A stretch of DNA of 56,287 nucleotides from Geobacter sp. UBA5608. Its GTDB lineage: Bacteria; Desulfobacterota; Desulfuromonadia; Geobacterales; Pseudopelobacteraceae. The DNA lies in assembly GCA_002424705.1 (NCBI GenBank), contig DIKW01000033.1, forward strand, positions 1-56,287. Direction: 5' to 3'. The notes under the pieces were generated by a model that worked only from the letters and a program-made list of their open reading frames with translations, had not been told where the DNA came from and made no database searches. Positions 49,753 to 56,287 of the stretch are shown one piece after another (position 1 is the first letter of the stretch; every line of letters begins with the position of its first letter). A program made the translations under genes and the position numbers.

Positions 49753-49950
49753 TTAGAGCCCGATGCCACGGTCGCGCATCAGGTGCTGCAGCGAGCGGTC
49801 GTAGCTGCGCTCCCCTTCTGGGGTGAACAAGCAGGCCGTGGCCTCACACCGCTCGCGGTGATAGGCCACGCACTGGCAGCAGTTGCCACGGCGGGGACAG
49901 CCGGGGTAGGTACATTTACAGTTGTCGCCGGTGCGGTCACAGGCTGGCAT
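49753..49950 (-). CDS. small Cys-rich protein (DUF6485-like)
   Basis: 65 aa MPAC...NCKCTY..C.R.G.CC.CV.YH......AC.F....E.SYDRS; ATG 49950 with AAGGGGG RBS. Confidence 0.8.
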   Translation of the reverse strand: MPACDRTGDNCKCTYPGCPRRGNCCQCVAYHRERCEATACLFTPEGERSYDRSLQHLMRDRGIGL

Positions 49951-49963
49951 GGTGCCCCCTTTG

Positions 49964-50839
49964 TCAGATGATCTTGCTGAGCGGATATTCGATGATCCCT
50001 TCGGCACCCAGACGGAGCAGCTCCGGCACGATCCGGCGCACCTCTTTTTCCGGCAGCACGCTCTCGATGGAGACCCAGTCGGATTTATAGAGGTGGGAGA
50101 CGGTGGGGGCCTTCTGGCTGGGCAGGATGCCGGTGATGCCATCCACCCGGTCGGCCGGGGCGTTCATCTTGAGACCCACCATCCCTTCGGCCCGCAGGGT
50201 CGAGTTGAGCAGGGTGGCGATCTGTTCTATCTTGGCCCGCTTCCAGGGGTCGTTCCAGGCGGCCTTGTTTGCCACCATCACCGGCACCGATTCCATCAGG
50301 TCGCAGACGATCCGCAGGTTGTTGGCCCGGATGGTGGAGCCGGTCTCGGTCACCTCCACAATGGCGTCGCACAGGCCGTCTACCACCTTGGCCTCGGTGG
50401 CACCCCAGGAAAATTCCACATTGACGTCGATGTTGCGTTCCTTGAAGTAGCGCTTGGTGAACGCCACCAGTTCGGTGGAGATGGTGGCGCCCTGCAGGTC
50501 TTCCGGCTTTTGCACCGTGGAGTCCTGGGCCACCACCAGCACCCAGCGCACCGGGCGGCGGGAGACCTTGGAGTAGACCATCTCGCAGACCTCGACCACG
50601 TCGGAGTCGTTTTCACGAATCCAGTCGCGGCCGGCGATGCCCACGTCGATGGTGGCCCGCTCCACGTACTTGCCCATCTCCTGGGGGCGGATCAAGTGGC
50701 ATTTCATCTCGCCGTCGTCGATGGTGGGGAAGTAGCTGCGTGACGAGATGCCGATCTGCCAGCCGGCCTGCTTGAACAGGTCGACGGTGGCCTCTTCCAG
50801 GCTGCCTTTGGGGATGCCGAAACGCAGGACGGTGCTCAT
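49964..50839 (-). CDS. hisG: ATP phosphoribosyltransferase, long form
   Basis: GIPKGSL, RPQE, D.GI.G.DW, GATE, TETG.T..AN.L, C-terminal regulatory domain; ATGA overlap with hisI. Confidence 0.95.
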   Translation of the reverse strand: MSTVLRFGIPKGSLEEATVDLFKQAGWQIGISSRSYFPTIDDGEMKCHLIRPQEMGKYVERATIDVGIAGRDWIRENDSDVVEVCEMVYSKVSRRPVRWVLVVAQDSTVQKPEDLQGATISTELVAFTKRYFKERNIDVNVEFSWGATEAKVVDGLCDAIVEVTETGSTIRANNLRIVCDLMESVPVMVANKAAWNDPWKRAKIEQIATLLNSTLRAEGMVGLKMNAPADRVDGITGILPSQKAPTVSHLYKSDWVSIESVLPEKEVRRIVPELLRLGAEGIIEYPLSKII

Positions 50840-51213
50840 TGCTTGTAGACCTCCTTGGGATCGAACAAGGGGTTGGAGTGTTCCACCCACTGGCCGTTCT
50901 CCCACTTGACGTAGAAGCAGCTACGGTTGCCGGTGTGGCAGGCGGCCGGGCCGTTCTGCTTGACCTTGATCACCACGCTGTCGGCGTCGCAGTCGGTCAG
51001 CACCTCGACCACCTCCTGGGTGTTGCCCGACTCCTCACCCTTCATCCAGTACTTGTTGCGGGTCCGGCTGAAGAACCAGGTCTTGCCGTCTTTCAGGGTC
51101 AGGTCGAGGGTCTTCTTGTCCATGAAGGCCACCATCAGCACCTCGCCGTTTTCATAATCCTGGATGATGGCCGGGATCAGGCCGCCCATCTTGTCAAAAT
51201 TGATCTCGATCAT
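50836..51213 (-). CDS. hisI: phosphoribosyl-AMP cyclohydrolase
   Basis: [13 protein letters not shown]...W.KGE.SG, DCDAD, ACHTG..SCF; start at ATG 51213. Confidence 0.97.
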   Translation of the reverse strand: MIEINFDKMGGLIPAIIQDYENGEVLMVAFMDKKTLDLTLKDGKTWFFSRTRNKYWMKGEESGNTQEVVEVLTDCDADSVVIKVKQNGPAACHTGNRSCFYVKWENGQWVEHSNPLFDPKEVYKQ

Positions 51214-51245
51214 AACGTAGCCGACCTCCTGGTATAGATCGCGGC

Positions 51246-51274
51246 AGTATAGGGGTTGACCGGTCAAAATGCAA
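51246..51274 (-). promoter_or_regulatory. sigma70-type promoter for hisI-hisG with palindrome in the spacer
   Basis: Minus strand TTGCAT-17 bp-TATACT; the spacer contains TTGACCGGTCAA. Confidence 0.6.
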
Positions 51275-51395
51275 GCCTGGGACGGGGTGGCCGCCCAACG
51301 GTTGCCGGCATGATTAGCCGTTTGTTTTGCAACGGTTTTACGGTATAAAGAAGCGTTGCAATCCGTTACTTACTTTTGTCCTGGATGGTTGACCC

Positions 51396-53069
51396 ATGGC
51401 TAAAAACCTCGGTTTTGGTACCACGCTGATCCGTCTGCTGCTGGTGGCCGGCATGGTTGTTTCGGTTACCGCCTTCGGCCTCAAGCAGCTGCCGGAAGAC
51501 GGGCTCCGCTTTTTGCACCTGCTGAATGTGCTCTTTTTTCTGGGGGTCTTTATCATCCTGGCTACCCGCAAGCTGCCGATCAGGGTCAAGCGGCTGGCCG
51601 GTGTGATGGATCAGGCCGCCGAGGGGGATCTGACCGTGCGGGGGGTTGATCTGTCGGCCGACGAGGTCGGCATGCTCAACAGCAACTTCAACGAGATGCT
51701 GGAGCGGCTGGCCGGTATGATGGCCAGTATCCGCCGGGCAGCCGAAGAGTTGCGCACCATCGGGCAGACCGTCGATACCGTGGCCCGGCAGGGGGTAGCC
51801 AACGCCGAGACCCAGACACTGGCAGCATCCAGCACCAAGGAGGCCGCCCTGCAGATCCGCCGTTCGGTGGAGGAGGTAACCACCGCGGTGGAAGGGCTGT
51901 CCGACGCCGCCACCGTCAATGCCAGCTCGATCCAGGAGATGACCACCAGCACGGTGGAGATCAACCAGCTGGTGGAGCATCTGGTGCTGGCGGTGGAGCG
52001 GGTCAGCGACTCCATCGACCGGATGGCCAACGCCCAGAAGGAGATCAACAACAGCGTCAACCGGCTGCTGGAAAACTCCTCCCACGCCACCGATCTGGTG
52101 CTGGAGATGGATCAGTCGGTGCGTCAGATCGAGCAGAACGCCCAGGCTACGGCCCGCATCTCTGGTGATGTGCTGCGGGATGCCGAGCTGGGCAACATCG
52201 CCGTGGAGACCACCATCAACGGCATGGATCAGATCCGCACCTCCTCCCACACGGTACAGCAGGCCATTGAAAACCTGTCGGTGCATGCCGCCAGCATCGG
52301 CACCATCCTGCAGGTGATCGACGAGGTGACCGAGCAGACCAAACTGCTGGCGCTCAATGCCTCGATCATAGCGGCCCAGGCCGGCGAGCATGGCAAAGGC
52401 TTCGGCGTGGTGGCCCACGAGATCAAGGAGTTGGCCCGCCGCACCACCGCCTCCACCCGCGAGATCGCCGAGATCGTCAACGGCGTCAAGGACGAGACCG
52501 AGAAGGCGGTGACCGCCATCCGGCTCTCCGAGCAGGCGGTGGGGGACGGTGAGGTGCTGTCGCGCCGTTCCGGCGATGCCCTGCGCAAGATCGTCAACGG
52601 CGTCAAGACTGCCAGCGACCAGGTGACCGCCATTGCCCATACCACCCAACTGCATGCCCAGCAGAGCGACCGGATGCGGACCTCGGTGGGAGAGGTGGCC
52701 TCGATGGTGGAGCAGATCGTGCGGGCCTCGGGTGAGCAGACCCGCGACACCGAGGTGATCAACCGTTCCGCCGAGAACATCCGTGAGCTGGTGACACGGG
52801 TCCACCTGCAGACCAGGGCTCACAACGATGCCGGCAGCGGCGTGGCTGAATCCAGTGAGACCATTGTCCAGATGATCGAGGGGATTCGGACCGCCTGCCA
52901 GGTGCAGTCGGCCAGCAGTGAACAGATCGTGCAGGCCGCCGGCGAGATGGCCGCCACCGCCACCGGCAACCTGGAGACCACCAAGCTGGTGGAGGGGGCG
53001 GTGTCCGGTCTCTCCAACCAGATCAAGAACCTGGAGCGGGAAGTGGCCGGCTTCAAGACCTCGGCTTAA
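51396..53069 (+). CDS. methyl-accepting chemotaxis protein with elongated signalling domain and no periplasmic sensor
   Basis: Two close TMs, HAMP, tip [35 protein letters not shown] with long helical arms. Confidence 0.9.
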   Translation: MAKNLGFGTTLIRLLLVAGMVVSVTAFGLKQLPEDGLRFLHLLNVLFFLGVFIILATRKLPIRVKRLAGVMDQAAEGDLTVRGVDLSADEVGMLNSNFNEMLERLAGMMASIRRAAEELRTIGQTVDTVARQGVANAETQTLAASSTKEAALQIRRSVEEVTTAVEGLSDAATVNASSIQEMTTSTVEINQLVEHLVLAVERVSDSIDRMANAQKEINNSVNRLLENSSHATDLVLEMDQSVRQIEQNAQATARISGDVLRDAELGNIAVETTINGMDQIRTSSHTVQQAIENLSVHAASIGTILQVIDEVTEQTKLLALNASIIAAQAGEHGKGFGVVAHEIKELARRTTASTREIAEIVNGVKDETEKAVTAIRLSEQAVGDGEVLSRRSGDALRKIVNGVKTASDQVTAIAHTTQLHAQQSDRMRTSVGEVASMVEQIVRASGEQTRDTEVINRSAENIRELVTRVHLQTRAHNDAGSGVAESSETIVQMIEGIRTACQVQSASSEQIVQAAGEMAATATGNLETTKLVEGAVSGLSNQIKNLEREVAGFKTSA

Positions 53070-53114
53070 AGCCCGCTGTGAAGGGCGGCTGTTGGGTTGC
53101 GCGATATCAGCTGT

Positions 53115-54350
53115 TTACGTCACGGTGACGTTGCGTATCCCCTCCGGCTTCCAGGCCGGGGAGATGACGTGTGAGCCCTTTTCTTTTTCATCCAGCAGGC
53201 TGCCGAAGGTGACCTTGAAGTCACCCAGCTTGTTATTGACCGCATCCATGGCCTTAGTCAGCTGCTCTTTTTTCCGGTCTGTCTCAAACAGTGAGATTTG
53301 CTGGCCTTCATGCTCGTACAAGTTGGAGAGGCTGATCCCCAGCAGGCGGATCGGCTGGTCGATACCCATGCTGTCGAAGACCCTGACCGCTGCCTGGTAG
53401 ATATCGTCGCTTAAGTTAATCGGTGTGGCAAGCGTGATCTGCTTCTGGAAGTTGCTGAAGAAATCACCCAGCCGGACCTGGACGCTGAGAGTCTTGCCGG
53501 CCAGGCCATAGCGCCGGGCACGTCTGCCGACCATTTCTGACAACTGCAGCAGGCGCTTCAGGATATAGTCACGGCTCTCCACGTCCCTGGGCAGGGTCAT
53601 CGAGTGGCCGACGCTCTTGACCTGCTCTTCCTCCTCCACCGGCACCACCGGGCTGTCATCGAGCCCCTGGCCCATCTCCTTCAGGCGCTTGCCGATGATG
53701 CCGAATCGCCTGGTCAACATCCCTTCGTCAGCACGGCCCAGCTCACCACAGGTATGTACGTTGCAGTAGAGGGCCAGCTGTTTCTGCAGTCGCTTGCCCA
53801 CCCCGCACAGATCACCCACCGGCAGCCGCTCCAGGATCTCCCCCACCCGCTCCGGCGGGATGATGGTCAGGCCGTCCGGCTTCTGCATGTCACTGGCCAG
53901 CTTGGCCAACAGCTTGTTGGGGGCGATGCCCACCGAACAGGTCAGGCCCAGTTCATGTCTGATGCGGGCCTTGAGCTGGTAGGCGATGGTCTCGGCCGGG
54001 CCATAGAGGGCCTGGGAGTGGGTTACATCCAGGAAGGCCTCGTCGATGGAGAACACCTCAACCAGGGGGGTGTATTCCCGCAGCATGGCGGTGATCCGTG
54101 ATGAGGTGTGGGTGTACTTCTTGTTGTCACCCTTGACGATGATCAGCTCAGGGCAGGCCCGTTTGCCCTCCCAGATGGCCATGCCGGTCTTGACCCCGAA
54201 GGCGCGGGCCTCGTAGGAGGCGGTGGTGATGACGGTGCGGTGGCTGGCCCCCACCACGGCGATCGGCTTACCTTTAAGCTCAGGGTTGGCCTGTTGCTCC
54301 ACCGAGGCGAAGAAGGCGTTCATATCAAGGTGGATAATGGAGCGTGTCAT
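53115..54350 (-). CDS. dinB: Y-family DNA polymerase (DinB/PolY)
   Basis: HLDMNAFFAS, SYEAR..GV, SIDE, NKLLAK.AS..QKP.G; clamp motif QISLF and C-terminal MD.VN.K.G tail. Confidence 0.93.
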   Translation of the reverse strand: MTRSIIHLDMNAFFASVEQQANPELKGKPIAVVGASHRTVITTASYEARAFGVKTGMAIWEGKRACPELIIVKGDNKKYTHTSSRITAMLREYTPLVEVFSIDEAFLDVTHSQALYGPAETIAYQLKARIRHELGLTCSVGIAPNKLLAKLASDMQKPDGLTIIPPERVGEILERLPVGDLCGVGKRLQKQLALYCNVHTCGELGRADEGMLTRRFGIIGKRLKEMGQGLDDSPVVPVEEEEQVKSVGHSMTLPRDVESRDYILKRLLQLSEMVGRRARRYGLAGKTLSVQVRLGDFFSNFQKQITLATPINLSDDIYQAAVRVFDSMGIDQPIRLLGISLSNLYEHEGQQISLFETDRKKEQLTKAMDAVNNKLGDFKVTFGSLLDEKEKGSHVISPAWKPEGIRNVTVT

Positions 54351-54371
54351 AGGTGCGATTGTCTGGTCGGT

Positions 54372-54617
54372 CTAGTCTATCTGCAGGTTCAGCAAGGTCC
54401 AATGTTGGCTGGCAGTGCTGTAGACCAGCTCAAACAGCGCCTCGCCATCACTGACCGAAAAGTGCAGGCGCGTGTCATCCCCTACCTGGTCAGTCCAGGT
54501 ATAGGTGGTCTGCTGAATGGCATGCTTACGTCTGCGCCATTCAAACCAGACCGGCTTGATCTGCCGGCCGGGGCCGAAGACCACCGCCACCCGTATCGGT
54601 TCGCGAATTGGTTCCAT
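54372..54617 (-). CDS. small beta-rich protein (DUF6504-like) between lexA and dinB
   Basis: EPI.V.......P..F.W..R...I......W........HF.V......FEL.Y......W.L pattern; starts 3 nt after the lexA stop. Confidence 0.75.
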   Translation of the reverse strand: MEPIREPIRVAVVFGPGRQIKPVWFEWRRRKHAIQQTTYTWTDQVGDDTRLHFSVSDGEALFELVYSTASQHWTLLNLQID

Positions 54618-54620
54618 CAG

Positions 54621-55232
54621 TTAGGCCATGCTGCGGAAGATGCCCACCACCTTGCCTATGATGGTGACCTCTGCTGAGCCTTCCTTGACGATGATCGGGG
54701 CCATGTTGGGGTTCTTGGGCTGCAGCCGGATCTGCCCTTTTTCGCGGTGAAATTCTTTAAGGGTAGCCTCCCCTTCCACCATGGCCACCACGATGTCGCG
54801 ATTTTCGGCGGTGGGCTGGGGGCGTACCAGGGCCAGGTCGCCGTCGCAGATGGCGGCGTTGATCATCGAGTCGCCGGCCACCCGCAGGAAGAACGTGCCG
54901 CCGTGCAACTGCAGGCGGTCTACGGCCAGGTAGCCCCGGATATCCTCGATGGCCGGGGTAAGGGCGCCGGCCCGTACCGTGCCGACAATCGGCAGCGAAA
55001 CGGCGTTGGTAACGGTGCTGGTCAGGCTGATGCCGCGCGCGTCGTTGCTGCGGCTCAGGTAGCCTTTGCGCTGCAGGGCCTCCAGGTGTTTGCTGACCGG
55101 CAGCGTGCCGCTGACCCCCAGTTGACGGGCCAGCTCACGCAGGGTGGGCGGATAGCCGCTAGCGTCGATATGCTGGCGGATCAGCTCCAGCACCTGCTGC
55201 TGGCGTGCGGTGAGTACTTGGTTGGTAGTCAT
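54621..55232 (-). CDS. lexA: SOS repressor LexA
   Basis: LT.RQ..VL..I...GYPPT.RE, L.AL..KGY; VRAG cleavage site; GDSM (Ser) and TLK (Lys). Confidence 0.96.
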   Translation of the reverse strand: MTTNQVLTARQQQVLELIRQHIDASGYPPTLRELARQLGVSGTLPVSKHLEALQRKGYLSRSNDARGISLTSTVTNAVSLPIVGTVRAGALTPAIEDIRGYLAVDRLQLHGGTFFLRVAGDSMINAAICDGDLALVRPQPTAENRDIVVAMVEGEATLKEFHREKGQIRLQPKNPNMAPIIVKEGSAEVTIIGKVVGIFRSMA

Positions 55233-55241
55233 ATGGCTACC
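55224..55241. promoter_or_regulatory. LexA operator (SOS box) overlapping the lexA -10 and start codon
   Basis: Near-perfect 18-bp palindrome GGTAGTCATATGGCTACC; one mismatch to the Geobacter LexA consensus GGTT-N2-C-N4-G-N3-ACC (recalled). Confidence 0.8.
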
Positions 55242-55267
55242 ATACTGTGGGGCTTGCCCTGTGTCAA
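55239..55267 (-). promoter_or_regulatory. sigma70 promoter of lexA, likely giving a leaderless mRNA
   Basis: Minus strand TTGACA-17 bp-TATGGT-6 nt-ATG; no SD. Confidence 0.75.
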
Positions 55268-55312
55268 GGTAGTCAGGAGTATAAAAAATAGCTTCAGGGC
55301 GGCAGGCGGCGC

Positions 55313-56287
55313 CTATCTGGACGCCGGCGTGAAGGTGGTGCTGAACAGCTCCTCCTGCTGCGGACTGCCGATCAGGATCAGCCCCATACCGGCCTGCAGC
55401 AGCTGTTCAGGGGGCGGCACGATCAGGGGCGGGCTGGTGTCGTCCGGCTCCAGGGCCACGATCGAGCAGCCGGTCAGGGGCCTGATCTGTGATTCGGCAA
55501 TTGTCTTGCCGACCAGTTCCGGCGGGATCGGCCGGCGGAAGACCGAGATCCCTTCGGTGAGAAACACCGACTCCTTTGATTCAAGCACATTGCTCAGGAT
55601 GCTGGCCCCCACTGAGGCGTTGGAAACCACAAAGTCGGCCCCGGCGGCATACAGCTGCTCCACGTTGGCATCGTCGTTGGCCCGGGCCACGATCCGGATG
55701 TGGGGGTTGCTGTGGCGGCTGGAGAGGGTCAGGAAGATGTTGGTGTTGTCGTTGTTGGTGGTGACGATCACCCCCTGGGCCTGCTCGATGCCGGCCTGCC
55801 TGAGCAGATAGCGGCCGGTGGCATCGCCGATCACCGCAACGTGGTCGGCGCAATCGGGGTTGGCCAGTTGGTCGATCAGGATAAAGGGCACCGGCTTGCG
55901 TTCCAGGAACTTGGCCGAGGCGCAGCCGACCCGGCCGTGACCCAGGATCAGCACCAGTTCTTCCCGCGATTGGTCGCCGGCCAGCTGCTCCAGCTGTTCC
56001 AGTTGCTCCCGGCTGCCGGCCAGGATCATCAGCGCCTCGGGGTGCAGGATGGCGTCGCCGGTGGGAAACTGCAGGCTGCCGCGCTCCCACAGGGCCACCA
56101 CCGCCAGGCCGGTGCGCTGGCGGATACAGGCCTCCGCCAGGGTCTGGTTGACAAACGGGGTACCGTAGACCGGGATCTCGGCGATCTGCAGGTCGCCGAA
56201 GGAATCCAGGATGTGGGCCAGGGCGCCGCAGGTGGTGGCCCGCGTGGCCAGGTAGCGGCCCAGGATGCGCGGCAGCGGGATCACCTG
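55313..56287 (-). CDS. RCK (TrkA-N/TrkA-C) domain protein, probably a K+ channel/transporter regulatory region; 5' end outside window
   Basis: RCK-C (TLAE..IR...G..VV), RCK-N (ILGHGRVG, GDAT...L..AGI..A, VARAN, GADFV) and a second RCK-C. Confidence 0.85.
   Translation of the reverse strand, partial: QVIPLPRILGRYLATRATTCGALAHILDSFGDLQIAEIPVYGTPFVNQTLAEACIRQRTGLAVVALWERGSLQFPTGDAILHPEALMILAGSREQLEQLEQLAGDQSREELVLILGHGRVGCASAKFLERKPVPFILIDQLANPDCADHVAVIGDATGRYLLRQAGIEQAQGVIVTTNNDNTNIFLTLSSRHSNPHIRIVARANDDANVEQLYAAGADFVVSNASVGASILSNVLESKESVFLTEGISVFRRPIPPELVGKTIAESQIRPLTGCSIVALEPDDTSPPLIVPPPEQLLQAGMGLILIGSPQQEELFSTTFTPASR

Noticed and set aside
51388-51405. Second LexA box at the MCP start (GGTTGACCCATGGCTAAA)
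   Set aside because: The left part fits but the right half-site ACC is missing, and a chemoreceptor is an unlikely SOS target.

Overview
GC-rich chromosomal window from a Geobacteraceae-like deltaproteobacterium (Geobacter/Trichlorobacter-like; inferred from gene content, not from a search). Housekeeping blocks: glyQS-MCP-hisHAFE-rpsU(5' part), cysM, rho-rpmE-thyX-DUF1385-prfA-prmC-hpt-NCS2 permease, surE-pcm-rpoS-apt-tRNA-Arg(CCT), and hisI-hisG. Between them lie many signalling and accessory genes. I saw no integrase, transposase, prophage or CRISPR array. Most notable: (1) an operon with overlapping stop/start codons (40588-36542, minus) encoding a corrinoid protein, an MtaA/UroD-fold protein lacking both Zn-binding Cys, DUF1638 and a soluble GAF-like hybrid histidine kinase, with no methyl acceptor or reactivase; it is a candidate B12-based sensory system. 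(2) Four diverged copies (plus one fragment) of a 95-125 bp nested-hairpin intergenic element with a CGTAC-loop-GTACG core and covarying stems. (3) A nitrite locus where an octaheme CxxCK nitrite reductase and a NIT-domain chemoreceptor both have TTGAC-N4-GTCAA boxes. (4) An apparently leaderless lexA with a palindromic operator over its ATG, heading a lexA-small ORF-Y-family polymerase cassette. (5) An MCP-hemerythrin fusion coupled to hisH, a stand-alone UvrD-PD-(D/E)XK helicase-nuclease, and several uncharacterised small or secreted proteins. All calls are by motif recognition by eye; no searches were run.
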